NCBI GenBank assembly: GCA_004431415.1
Contig: QPMI01000507.1
Coordinates: 62,001 to 126,000 of the forward strand
DNA length: 64,000 nt
Source of the DNA: Cyanophora paradoxa CCMP329
Taxonomy: Eukaryota; Plantae; Glaucophyta
Direction of reading: 5' to 3'
Below are positions 11,259-23,191 of this stretch, piece after piece (position 1 is the stretch's first letter; every line of letters begins with the position of its first letter). Under the pieces are notes generated by a model. That model searched no databases, had not been told where the DNA came from, and saw only the letters and a list, made by a program, of their open reading frames with translations. The position numbers were made by a program, and so were the translations under genes.

Positions 11259-13966
11259 CTAGTGGGCGAGGGGCGTGAGGACGACCTCGAGGTCCTTGGC
11301 CGGCCTGCGGGGGCGGGGCGTCAGAGGCCTCCGGGGTGGGGACCGGAGGGCAGCTTAAGAAAGCGGGGCGGGGCGCATCGCGGGGCGCGCCTCATGACGA
11401 AGGCAGGCCGGGTTGGTATGTCCTTCCCCGGCTCCACGCCCGGCGGCAGGCCCAGCTCGAACCGCTGCGCCAAACGCTCGCGATCACCGAGGGCGGCGCT
11501 GGAGGGGGCCGCGGGCGCGGGCGTCGCACCCGCAGCACGATCGACATGATGATGCGGGCCCTGGGGGTACCATGGCGCGTGAGGGGCGGGGCGCAGGGAT
11601 GAGAGGGGGGGTAGGGTGCACTCGTGGATGGCGAGGGGCTTGCCGGGGCACATGCGGTGCCCGCTGGAGAAGGGGAGGAAGGCCCGGCTGCCCTCCCCGG
11701 CCCCGCCTGCGAGGGAAGAAATCAAGGGGGTGGGGTGGAGCGAGGGGGGTACGAGGATGAGAGGGGACCGGGCATGAAGCGGTCGGGGTTGAAGGAGTCG
11801 GGGTCGGCGCCCCAGTGGCGCGGGTCGCGCATGACGGCGTACAGGGCGAGCATCACCGTGACCCCCGGGGGGATGGCGTACCCCCCGAGGGAGGCGGGGC
11901 GGGCGGTCTGGCGGGAGATAAAGTGGGCGGGGCCGTAGAGCCGCAGCGCCTCGTCGAAGACGGCCGAGACGAGGCGCAGGCGCCCTAGGTCGTCTCCCTC
12001 CCCCGGGTCCCCGCCCCCGAGCACCTCCTCCACCTCCTGGCCCCGCGTGAGCCAAAGAGGGGCGGGGCCAGGGCGGGGAGGGTGCGGGGGGCGGTGCGGA
12101 CGCTGCGGCAGCGGGTCTGGACGGCGGGGTGGAGGGCGAGGAGGTAGAGGGCGAAGGAGAGGGCCGTCGCCGTCGTCTCGTGCCCCGCCAGCAGGAAGAT
12201 CGTCGCCTGCGGCGGGGGTACAGGTCAGGCGGCAGCGGGGCGGGTGGGGCCGGGCGGGGGCGGGCCTCCTCGGCGAGCTGCGCCTCGGACATCTCCCCCG
12301 CGCGCACGGCCTCGACCAGCGTCGCCAGCATGTCCCGCGGCTGCTCCGCCCGCCCCAGCCGCTCCGCGAGCATCCTGCGGGGAGATGGGACGGGGGCGCT
12401 GGTGGCGGAAGCGGAGCTCAACGGACCGCTGGACCTCGGAGCGGACGAAGAGGGCGTTGCGGCGGAAGCGGGCGGCCCAGGGCGTCCACACGTACCGCCA
12501 CAGCTGCACCGGCTGCCCCCAGAGCCCTCAGCGCAGGGCCCGGGGAGAGAAGGGGGGGGAGGGGTGCGGGTACGCCTGCCTGGTAGATCCGGGACTCGAT
12601 CTCGAGGAGCAGCCCCTCGATCGCCGACGTCAGCCGGTTCTCTAGTTGAGGAGAGGCGGGGGGGGGGGGGGGGGGGGGTAAAGGACGGGGGTACAGGAGC
12701 CCGGGGGAGGGTACGGCGCACGGGAGTGGACGAGGTCGAGGTTAAAGCCGAGGGCAACGAGGCTGATCACGTCCGCGGTCACCTGGGGCGGGGGGATCGA
12801 GGCCGCGGGGGGTACATGTCGCTGGACGGGGGGAGGGGCGGAACAGGGGTACCTTGTACAGCTCGCGGTTGAGGGCGATCTGGGGTCGCACGTGCACGCG
12901 TCAGACCTCGCTGAGAGAGCTTGGATGGGGCAGAGCGGGGCGGGGCGGGGCGGGGCGGGGCGGGCCCGGCGGCGGGGGCGCCAGACGTCGCAGGCGGCGC
13001 GGGTGACCCCCGCGATGGCCTCCGTCATCGCCCGCACGGGCTCCGGCTGCACGCCCCCGGGGTCACAAGGCCGAGGGCGCGGAGCGCTGAGGCTCGGGGC
13101 TCGCCTGGAACGCCGGCGTCGTCAGCTGCGCCGGCCGCCGCCCCGCGGGGCGCGCTCGTCAGCCCTCGGCGAGGGAATGGGGCGAATTCGAAGGGCCGCC
13201 GGTCGCTCTAGCGCACCCGGCGGGATTTGCGCCACGCGTCCCCCTCCAGAACTGCGCTCGCGAGGGCCCTCCTCAAGGGCGCGGGGGGGCGCTGGGCGGG
13301 GCGGGGCGGTCCCGAAGGGCGCACGGATGAGACCGTTGACGACCGGCTTGACGTACCTGAGCTATGGATAAGCTACAGATAGAAATAAGCGTGAGCTTAA
13401 ACTTCCGAAGTTCAGCTAGGGATTCCAAGCGAGAGATGGGGGCGGGCGGGGCGGGGCGGGGCCGGGCGCACTGCCAGACAACGTCCATGGCCACGCGGTA
13501 CGTCTCCATCGACCCGCTCACCACCTCGAGGGGTGTCAGCCGTAACTCCTCTTCGGGAGGTTCGATGGGGCGGAGCGCGGGGGCGCGCCTCGCGGATGAG
13601 GAGCGGGTCGCCGACGGAGACGGCGCGGAGGAAGGGCCCCAGCTGGAGGGCGAGCACGGGGCCGTGCTCCCGGTGCGCGCGCTTCATGAACTCGTGCATC
13701 CCCACCCGCTCGATCTCCAGCACGTGCCCCAGCACCGGCAGCCCCGGCGGCCGCGGGATGCCCGCCAGTGGGTCCCTCCGCTGCCGCGCGCCGGTGCCTC
13801 ACGGTCAGTCTTAAGCGTCGAATGAATCGAAGGGCGGCCACGGGCGCTTCGCGCAGCCGTGCCAACGATGCACCAGCGACCGCCAGAGCGCCCAGCCGCC
13901 GACGACCGCGAGCGCCGCCGCGGCGAGCGTCGCGACGCTCGGGTGTTGCAGGTCGAAGTTGAGCAT
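11259..13966 (-). CDS. Cytochrome P450, multi-exon
   Basis: N-terminal anchor followed by PPGLPVLGH; I-helix IFLLAGHETTA; ExxR motif (DEALRLYGP); PDSFNPDRF; heme signature FLPFSSGHRMCPG. Confidence 0.93.
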
Positions 13967-14244
13967 TGCGCTGCAGCGGAAGTGCGTGCCGCGGCTGGCC
14001 GCGGTCAAGTATGAGCTCAAGCTCGAGTTGGCGCAAGCTTAAGTTGGCGCCGGCAGTTACCAGGTTCAGCACTGCGGCTGAGAGCGCGCCTTCTTCACAG
14101 CTCACGGACACGTGAGCATGAGCATGCGCTCAGTCCTGATCATGATCAGCTGCCCCGACCTCCGTGTACCCTGTCGCAGCTGCAGTTGCACAGCAGCGAC
14201 TTCTTCACCCAGCTTTCCTCTTGGCCTGCTGGGCCCGCGTCGGG

Positions 14245-16461
14245 ATGGAGGAGCGCTTCGTGATGTCTGCAGGTCCGCGAAGTGTTGCGAACGCGTCAGC
14301 GCAGGCGACAAAGCTGAGGTGAACGCGCAGACTTGTACGACCGGCTCCGGGAGTACGCGCACAGGAGCGGCGAGCGGACGCTCGAGGACGCGGTCGCATC
14401 GCTGCTGGACGCAGCTGCGGGCACGGCGCCCGCGGCATCGTGCTCGGAGGGGAGCGCAACCGCGGCCGCCTCTGGACCTGGCGCCGGCAAGCGAAGGAGG
14501 ACAGACCCGCCGCCGAGCGCTAGCTCGCAACAGGAGACGGAGACTGCAGCATCGGGAGAGCCTGAAGCCGAATTGGCACCGATCGATCAGCTGCCGGATG
14601 ACATTCTCTCGGTCATTTTCGAGCGCCTGGGCCTGCAGGCCGCGGCCGCCGCGCGTGCCGTCTGCCGCCGCTGGCGGGACGCAGCCGCGGCGGTCCTCTG
14701 GCGCCGGCTCGACGTCAAGCTGTCCCCGGAGCGCGCGGACGAGCTGGCGGGCCCCTTGCTCGGCGGCCAGGGCGTGGACTGGCGTTGGCCAGACTACTCC
14801 GCGCGTGCGGAGATCATGTGGTGTCTCGCGGCTCGGTGCCATGAGGGTGATTCCCGCACTGGCGGGCGGTGGATCCGCATCGCCCCCGGCGCGTCGCTGA
14901 GCCTTGAGATCACGCCCCCTACGGACGATGCTTACAGCGAAGCGTGGCGCTCCACGCTCTCCCTCCTCACGGCGTTCTCGGCCGCGGCCGGCGCCGCGAG
15001 CGGCGGCGGCGGGGGCCTGGGCGAGGTCGACGTGGACTGCTCGTGCGCCCCGTACTGCTGCCTCGCGGACCTTCTGGACGCCCTTGCCCCGCCCGGTGCC
15101 GCGGTCTGCCCCTCGCTCCGCAGCCTCGCGCTGCGGGGCGGCGAGTCCTGCGACCCCGACTGCTCTTTCTTCTACCTCGGGGTCGACCCGGTCCTCCGGC
15201 CCTTGCTCTTCCCGAACCTCGAGAGCCTCTCCTGCAGAGCCCTCTGCTGCTTCCCCGGCCGGCCCGACGCGCAGGCCCTCGCCCGCTGCCTCCCGCGCCT
15301 CAGGCGGGTGCGCAGCCTTCGCCCCGTGCGGCCGCCAAGCATCTAGATCTCGAGCTCACTCCGGGCCGCAGCTGGAGGTGGAGTACGACGGCGAGAAGAC
15401 CGACATAGGCGGCGCTGCGGCCGTCTTCCCCGCGCTCGAGTTCTTGAAGGCGACGGACGTGGGTAACGAGCTGGCGGACGCGGCGACCCTGCTCGAGGAC
15501 CTCGTCTCCGGCCCCGCGGGCGCCACTCTCACGGAGTGCGCCCGCCCCTCCGCCCCCGCCCTGCCCCCGCCCGCCCTGCGCCCCGCCGGCGTCTGACCGC
15601 GCGGGGCGCAGGCTCGTGCTGGAGTGGGCCGAGGGCTCGGCGGAGCTCACTTCGGAGGCCCTGCGCGCCCTCGAACGCTTCCCCGCCCTCCAGCGCATCC
15701 AGGCGGACCCCTACTTGATAGTCCGCCCGCCCCCCTCCCCGCCCCCGACTCGTCCCGGCCCCGCCACCCTGACGGCCGCCCACGCGCGCGCGCCTCAGGT
15801 CTTCTCGGACGTTGGTGGCCATGAACTGGCGGCACTGGGCTCCCTCCCGGCGCTGAAGAGCCTCGAGTCGCTCCACCTTTGCGAAGAGGAGGGCCTCGCC
15901 GCCCGCCTGACCGGCCTCGCCACCGCCCTCGAGCGCTCTTCCTCGCTGGCCGAGCTCCAGCTGCGTATCGGTGCGCTTCGCCCTGCCTTTTGTCCCGCTA
16001 CGCCCGTTCACCTCGCCTCAGGCACGGCGCCGCCTCGGGAGGCGCTGCCGGCGCTGGCGCGGCTGGCCGGGGCGGCGCGCGGGGGCCTCTCCCTCGAGCT
16101 CGAGGTCGACCTGGCGCAGTCGGCGGGCGGCCTGGCGGAGGTGGCGGCGGCGCTCGCGCCCGCCCCGCCCCGCCGCCTCGCTCTCCAGGGCGACGTCGAC
16201 GGGACAGCCCTCCAGGACGGCCGCCTCGCCCGCCTCTCCGCGTTCGCCGCCTGCTCCCTCGAGCCCATCGAGGTCCGCCCCGGGCCCGACCCCGGCCCCG
16301 CGCGCTGCCCCCGGCGCGGCTAAGGGCGGCGGCAGGTGCGCCTGAAGGACGACGTGCTTGAGCCGCGCAAGACAGCGTGGGAGGCGGCGGCGAAGGCGTT
16401 GAGGGGGGCCCTCCCCTCGGTACGCATCGTGAGGCAGGTGCAGGCGGGCGAGCAGCCGTAG
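14245..16461 (+). CDS. RHH-like / NLS / F-box / LRR-like protein, family copy 1
   Basis: Exon 1 (14245-14272) and a 58-nt GT-AG intron (14273-14330) give MEERFVMSADLYDRLREYAHRSGERTLEDAVASLLD. Then KRRR, the F-box IDQLPDDILSVIFERLGLQAAAAARAVCRRWRD, and LRR-like PSLRSLAL, PNLESLS, PALKSLESLHL repeats. Confidence 0.8.
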
Positions 16462-16761
16462 CTCGCAGCTTCTGCATCCGCAGCCGCGTGTGTCCTGCGT
16501 ATACGTCTTGGACGTTGTTCCGCGGGCAGAACTGCTGGCTGGGAGACGAGCTCGAGAACTAGCTCATGATCAGCCGGGCCCCACGCGCGAATTAAACACT
16601 GCCGCCTGCGGCAGGCCCCTCAAAAAAACAGCGCAGACGCCGGCGGCGCCGCGCAATGCAGGGTTAGGTAAGGATTCGAAAGATAAGCGCGAAGAGCATG
16701 GGAGGAGGGAAGGCGGTGCGGGCAGGGGCGGGGGCAGGGGCGGTAGGGCCCGCGGCCGGAG

Positions 16762-17934
16762 TCACCAGCGGAGGACGGGGAGGAGGTACTCGGGCCAGAC
16801 GCCGTGGCGCTCGCAGAGGGGCCGCGCGGCCGCCGCGTCGAAGGTGGAGAAGTCGGGGGCCGGCCGCAGCACGTCCTGGTGCACCCCGCACGCCAGCAGC
16901 AGGCCGGCCATGCCCTGCGTCGCGCCCCCGGCCACGTCCGTCTCCAGGCTGCGCGCTCCCGCCTGAGCCGCGGTGCCGGCGAGGCGGCGGGCGGGCGGGC
17001 GGGCCTGTCGCCGACGGCGAGGACGGCGGAGGGGTCGGGGACGCCGCGGGCGCGGAGGCGGCGGAGGGCGGCGGCGTAGATGGGCGCGTGCGGCTTCCCG
17101 TAGTACACCGCGCGGCCGCCCATCCGCTCGTACAGCGCCGCGTAGTGGCCGGCCGGGAAGCGCTTCTTGTCCCCGTTGTAGCTCAGCCGGTCCGGGTTCG
17201 TGCACACCACCGGCAGGCCCCGCCGCTGCGCCTCCTGCGCCCCGGGCCCGACGCCGTGAGCCCCCGCAGCCGTAGCGGATTCGAGCCGAGCGGATCCGGA
17301 GGCGCGGGCGGGCCTGGAGGAGAGCGACGGCGTCGGAGTCGTCCTCGCCCTCCTCGCAGTAGTAGGAGAGGAGGACGAGCGTCGCCTCCGCCACGCCGTC
17401 CACGAGCGTGAGGGGCAGGTCGGCGAGCATCGCGTGGCCCGTGCCGCCCCCGTGCTCCTCCCGCGCGAAGTGGAAGATGCGCGCGCCGCCCGACACGAAG
17501 AGGTCGTCCGTCGGCGAGACGAGCTGCTCCCGCACGACGTCTCCCGAGGTCAGCACCTCCTCGTCCGCGATCGAGAGGCCCATCCCCCGCAGCGACTGCC
17601 GCGAGGATTCGAATGCGAAAAGGGGCACGGGGAGCGCGGGAAGGACCTTAGCTACGTTCGAGCCCGGGCGCGTCGAGTTGGAGACGAAGAGGAGCTGCCG
17701 CCCGTCCTCCCGCATGCGCGCCAGGCACTGCGGCACCGTCTCGTACGGCTTCACGCCCTGCGCGGTCCGTCGGCGTGCTGGGCACGCTATGGTAACAGCC
17801 GCCAGCGGGTTCGTGTTTGGCGCGGCTAAGCGGGCTGGGGCGCGCACGTCATGCAGGCATCCCCAGAGATCGATAATGAAGCCGCGGTAGAGGCTTGCAA
17901 TCTCGGAGACGCCCTGTATCGGGCGGCACGCCAT
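16762..17934 (-). CDS. HAD-superfamily subfamily IIA hydrolase (TIGR01459-like)
   Basis: Motif I GFIIDLWGCLHDG; VSNSTR; VCTNPD; YGKPHAPIY; AVGDSLETDVAGG. Confidence 0.88.
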   Translation of the reverse strand: MACRPIQGVSEIASLYRGFIIDLWGCLHDVRAPARLAAPNTNPLAAVTIACPARRRTAQGVKPYETVPQCLARMREDGRQLLFVSNSTRPGSNVAKVLPALPVPLFAFESSRQSLRGMGLSIADEEVLTSGDVVREQLVSPTDDLFVSGGARIFHFAREEHGGGTGHAMLADLPLTLVDGVAEATLVLLSYYCEEGEDDSDAVALLQARPRLRIRSARIRYGCGGSRRRARGAGGAAAGPAGGVHEPGPAELQRGQEALPGRPLRGAVRADGRPRGVLREAARAHLRRRPPPPPRPRRPRPLRRPRRRRQARPPARRLAGTAAQAGARSLETDVAGGATQGMAGLLLACGVHQDVLRPAPDFSTFDAAAARPLCERHGVWPEYLLPVLRW

Positions 17935-18055
17935 TCCTTGGTCGCTCGTGTGCAGTGCTCCGGTACCCGGCAGTTACCAGCACGGCAGCACCTGGCAGCC
18001 GTGCAAGCCGGCGCCTGCAGCGGCTCCAGAGGCGCCCGCCCAGCATCTCAGTGCC

Positions 18056-20439
18056 ATGGACAGCGCGGCGGAGCTCCCCGACGAATTGTTGCAGCTGGCG
18101 GTGGCGCTTCTTCCTCCGCGCGAGATCCTCTGCAGCGTCGCGTGCGTACATCCGCCCCCTCTCGACAGGACTCAGCAGGACGCATTTAGACGCCCCCTGA
18201 GCACATGGTTGCGAATCCATGGACGGCGTGGGGCGTGCGGCGACGGCGCCCCCTCGTCGACGCTCCGGGCCCGGGCGCGTGCAGGCTCGTCTCGAGGCGG
18301 TTCCGGGCGATCGCCGAGCGCGCTTTCGCGTCGGACCTGAGGGAGCTCGACGTGCGCTGCGCCCGCGTGGAGGACGCGTGGCTCGCGAGGACCGTCGCCC
18401 GCGCGGCCGGCGCCGAGCGCCTGTCCGTCCGCTTCTCCAGCATCGTCGTCACGTCTCAAGAATGCTGGGACGCGCTCTTCGATCCCGACTCGACGCGCTC
18501 TTCGACCCCGCTCCACGTCTACATCGAGGCGCGCCGCCCGCTCGTAGAACGAATGTCGTGGGAGAGCCTCTGAGGCGGGCAGCGCGCAGGCGTGCGAGGT
18601 GGTGCTGGAGGGCGCGACGGCGGCGCGGGAGGTGCGCCTCCCGCGGCTGGACCGCGTCGAGCGGCTCGAGCTCTGGTCCCTGCGGCTCCCGCGGGGCGCC
18701 CGCCTGGCGACGCGGGCGCTGCGCGGGGCCGGCCGCCTGCGCCGCCTCCTCGTGAGCGACGCGCGCCTCGGGCCGCACGACGCGGCGCTCACCGACGTCG
18801 CCCGCGAGGCCCCCGCCCTCGAGGCGCGCCCCGCCCGCCCCGCCCGGCAAAGGGAAGGAATGTTGCCCGTCTGACTCGAATCGGCAGTCGCTGGCGATGC
18901 CGAACTGCCGGGCGCAGCAGGGACTCACCTGCGAGGGCCTCGGCGCCCTCCTCGAGCGGTCCTCGCACCCCCCCGCCACCTTCTCCACCGCTCCAAACCG
19001 TACCCCCCCGCAGGAACCCCGGCATCCGCGACCTCGACCTCACCATGATCCTCCAGGTGCGCGGCACCCATCGGCCTCCCAGGGGTACCCCCTCCGACGC
19101 CCGGCACGCAGTGGCGCGACGCAAGCCCCGTCGTCTCCCTTCTCGCCGAGCGGCGCGCACCCCCCTCCCTTGCGGCCGCATGTACCCCCCGAACGCCCAG
19201 CCCCGCCCTGCGGCGCAGGTGCCGGAGCCTGCGGGCGCTGGCGCTGGGCTTCGTTGACGTGGCGGACGGGCCGCTGGCCGCCCTCGCCACCGCCTGCCCC
19301 GCCCTCGAGCGCCTCCAAATCCCCGGCTGCAGGCCCGCTCCGCCCCCGCACCCCCGTCGCTCCGTCCGCTCTGACGCGCGGGCAGCCGCTTCCTGACGCA
19401 GGAGGGCCTGGGGGCGGCGCTGCGGGCCCTGCCGCGCCTCACCGACCTCGACCTCTCCTGGTGCGCCCTCTCCGACCCCGTCGTGCGCCCCCCCCCCCCC
19501 CCCCCCCCCCCCCCGCCCTCTCCCTGAGGCGAGGGCAGGTGGACGCGCTGACGGCGACTGCGGGGCCGCGCCTGCGGAGCCTGGCCTTCTCGAGCACGGT
19601 GGCGCTGCACCCCTCCGACGCCGCCGCCGCCCTCCTCGCCGCCCGGCCCGCCCCGCCCTCCCCCCTCTCCCCTCCGCAGCCGCCGCTGACGCCGGCGGGG
19701 CAGGTGCACGGGCCTGCGGCGGCTCTACGCGGCGGACTGCCACTTCGGGGCGCGGGCGCTTCGGGGGCTGCTGGGGGCCCTGCCCCACCTCCACACCCTC
19801 GTCCTCTCCCGCGCCGCCGAGGCCGAGCCCGAGGCGGGGCCGGGGCGGAGCCGCCGGGCCGGCGGGGCGCCCGCCCTCGGTGCTGGAGCTCGTGGCTGCG
19901 GCGGGGCCGGCGCGGCTGCGGTGCCTGGCGGTGGAGGGGCCTCGGAGGGCGAGCTGGCGGCCTGCGTGCCGCGGCTGCCGCCCCTCACCGGCCTCCACCT
20001 CCTGGGGCGGGCCACCTCCCCCCGCCGCCCTCGCCGCCCTCGCCGACGCCCTCGGCCCCTCCCTCCAGGCCCGCCCCGGCCCCGCGCCGCCTGCGCCCCG
20101 CGCCCCGCCCCCGCGGCCTGACGCGCGCACGCTCACGCCGCAGGAGCTGTCGGTGGAGGAGGCGGGGCTCGTCCCGGGGGCCCTCGAGGCCCTGCTGGGC
20201 GCCCTCGGCGGGCCGCCCTGGCCCCGCCTCGCCGCCCTCGGGCCCTTCAGCCCCTGGCCCGCCCCCGCCCCGCGCCCACCCGGTGACCCCGTCTTCGCCC
20301 TTTGAACGCGTACCCGCGCAGGGAGCCGGGGGTGCGGGCGGGGGGCGAGCTGGAGGGGCGGGTGCGGGCGGCGCTGCCGCGCGTGGGCGTGCGCGCGCGC
20401 TCCCTCGTCCGCCCCGCCCTCCTCGACGACCTCGACTAG
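18056..20439 (+). CDS. F-box / leucine-rich repeat protein
   Basis: N-terminal ELPDELLQLAVALLPPREIL...ACRLVSRRFRAIA F-box. LRRs PRLDRVERLELW, NPGIRDLDL, ACPALERLQI, LPRLTDLDLSWC, LPHLHTLVL. Confidence 0.8.
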
Positions 20440-20800
20440 AGCCTCGTCAGAGTCTCGATCTAGCCTAGTTTATGTATGCTGGCGAGCTAAGTACCCATTC
20501 AATGATTCCTTCCTTCAGTTCTTCAAGCCTACGGGCCGGCCGCGGGCAAGGTTACTAAGTTAAGCCTTGAAGGCTAGGACAACCGTTGAACCACGCCAGC
20601 CTTCAAGGCTTCCCCAGGCCCGCTGGCGCCCAGCCTGGCAGCTGCAGCTGCAGCTGCGCATGCAGGATCGTCCCTTGTAACTCAGTGACTATAAGCCTTG
20701 AAGCTCGCCCCCTTCTAGATCTCCTTAAGCTTGGCCAATTCACACACCGGAAGATTCAACGATTCTTTGAATTCGAATCATGAATAAAGATTAGATTCGC

Positions 20801-23078
20801 TCATATGAGCTTGCAGTGCTGCCTGACGAGGCGGGCCGTGGGGAGGGCGCGGGCCACGGCCTCCCGCACGGCGCCCCACCGGCCCTCCAGCCTCCAGATC
20901 GGCATGGACACGTTCCTCACGTTCAAGTGGACCTGCGAGCACCCTCAATGCAAGCCGCGCCGAGGGCGGCGCCCCGCTCGGCCCGGGCCCGGGATGGATG
21001 CGGAGGCGGACCGCGACGTCCCCCGTGGAGCAGCCGGCGAAGGCGGAGAGGCCCTCCAGGCGGCTCTGGTTTCCCTCGACGTCCTCGTCGAACAGGACAA
21101 CACGGAGGGCGAGGCTGCGGGGCGGGGCGCCCACCAGCGCCGCAGCGACCTCCGCGTATCTCGCGACTTTGTAGCCTACATCGATTTGGAGGGAGAGGCG
21201 CCCCCGGGCCGCGCTGGTCAGCCGCGCCAGCGCCGGGAGCGCCTCCTGAGGCGGCGCCGTGTCTGTCGCGCCCTAAGGCTAAAAAGCACACCGTACAAGC
21301 AGGAACAAGCAGAAACAAGTAGCGCACCGATAAGAAGCTGGAGGTCGGTCAGCGACGACGAGCGCTCAAAGGCGACCGCGAGGCCGTTCAAGCGAGCGGA
21401 GAGGCCTTGCTGATAATTATTGAGGCTGAGCGGCCCCAGGCTCTTGAGGGCCCGGATGGAGCCCAGCGCCGCCAGATCAGCCTCGCCCACGCTTGAGCAG
21501 AGCTGTGGAGCAAGGCTGTCGGGGCAGGCGGAGGCGGGTTCGGGGATGGACAGGTCGATCGGCAGGGGCGGACCTCGAACGAGGGAGTTGCCTGGAGTCG
21601 CTGGAGGGCGGGAAAGCGGTCGAGGGCGCGCAGGGTTGGGAGGGCGAGGTCTGGCAGTCGCGAAATCGTCGACCAGTCCAGCACGAGCCTGAGCCCCGCG
21701 CGGTCAACCAGCCGCGGGCGCCGATGCGGACGAAAGCCTCCGCGAGGAGGGGTACGCACTCCTTGAGGGACAGGGCGGCGGGGCCGGAGGCGAGGGCCTC
21801 GATCAGAGAATCTGGGCTTTCGAGCCATTGCACCGAGCCGTTCATCGCCTGGAGGTACTCGAGAGAGGGGAAGACGGCCATAGCCTCGCCAATCTCCTCG
21901 TCTGGATCGCCCTTGTACCGTACCTCCAGCTGCGGAACACGTCGAAGCTGCTCGAGGGCGGTGCGGGCGACGAGGGGAAGGAAAGGCGCACCCGCCTGAG
22001 GCGCGGGAAGCAGCGGGCGAGGGCCTCCGCGTCGGGCCGGCCGGGGAAGCAGCAGAGGGCTCTGCAGGAGAGGCTCTCGAGGTTCGGGAAGAGCAAGGGC
22101 CGGAGGACCGGGTCGACCCCGAGGTAGAAGAAAGAGCAGTCGGGGTCGCAGGACTCTCCGCCCCGCAGCGCGAGGCTGCGGAGCGAGGGGCCGACCGCGG
22201 CGCCCGGCGGTGCGAGGGCGTCCAGAAGGTCCGCGAGGCAGCAGTACGGGGCGCACGAGCAGTCCACGTCGACCTCGCCCAGGCCCCCGCCGCCGGAGCC
22301 GCTCGCCGCGCCGGCGGCAGCCGAGAAGGCTGTGAGGAGGGAGAGAGTGTACCACCACGCTTCGCCGTAACCATCCTCAGTAGTGGGCGTGATCTCAAGG
22401 CGCAGTGACGCGCCGGGAGCGACGCGGATGCGCCGCCCACCCATGCGGGAATCGTCCTCATGGCACCGAGTCGCGAGCCACCTAGTGACCTCCGCGCGCG
22501 CATGCTCAGCGTCATCCAGCCGGCTCCAGTCCAGGCCTTGGCCGCCGAGCAGGAGGCCCGCCAGCTCGTCCGCGCGCTCCGGTTGCAGCTTGACGTCGAG
22601 CCGGCACCAGCGAATCGCTTCGACCGCGTCTCGCCAGCGGCGGCAGACGGCACGCGCGGCGGCGGCGGCCTGCAGGCCCAGGCGCTCAAGAATTCCCGAG
22701 AGAATCGAGTCCGGCAGCTGATCGATCAGTGCCGGTTCGGCTTCAGGCTCTCCCGATCCCGCAGTACTAGTCTCCGTCTCCTGTTGTGAGCTAGCGCTCG
22801 GCGGCGGGTCTGTCCTCCTTCGCTTGCCGGCGCCAGGTCCAGAGGCGGCCGCGGTGGCGCTGCCCTCCGCGACCGATGCGCATGCCACGAGTGCTGTGCC
22901 CGCAGCTGCGTCCAGCAGCGACGCTACCGCGTCCACGAGCGTCCGCTCACCGCTCCTGTGCGCGTACTCCCGGAGCCGGTCGTACAAGCCTGCGCGTTCA
23001 CCTCAGCTTTGTCGCCTGCGCTTACGCGTTCGCAATACTTCGCGCACCTGCAGGCATCTCGAAGCCACGCAACTTCAT
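20801..23078 (-). CDS. RHH-like / NLS / F-box / LRR-like protein, family copy 2
   Basis: Exon 1 and a 58-nt intron (23047-22990) give MKLRGFEMPAGLYDRLREYAHRSGERTLVDAVASLLD. F-box IDQLPDSILSGILERLG...RAVCRRWRD. Same exon layout as copies 1 and 3. Confidence 0.8.
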
Positions 23079-23160
23079 CCCGGGCGCTAGCGCAAGAGAA
23101 CGCTGTGTGAAGAAGGTGCTGCCGTGCAACCGCAGCGCTAGCGGCGAAAAACACGGCGAA

Positions 23161-23191
23161 AGTGTACCCCAGCGAAGACAAGGGGTACACT
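23161..23191. promoter_or_regulatory. Perfect 10-bp inverted repeat AGTGTACCCC-N11-GGGGTACACT in a divergent promoter
   Basis: Seen directly between the starts of family copy 2 (23078) and Sec14 (23288). Regulatory function is inferred only. Confidence 0.45.

Noticed and set aside
14100-16700. RHH-F-box-LRR copies as transposons or retrocopies
   Set aside because: No transposase, terminal inverted repeats, target-site duplications or shared 3' flank are visible. Introns are retained, and homology extends only a short way upstream.
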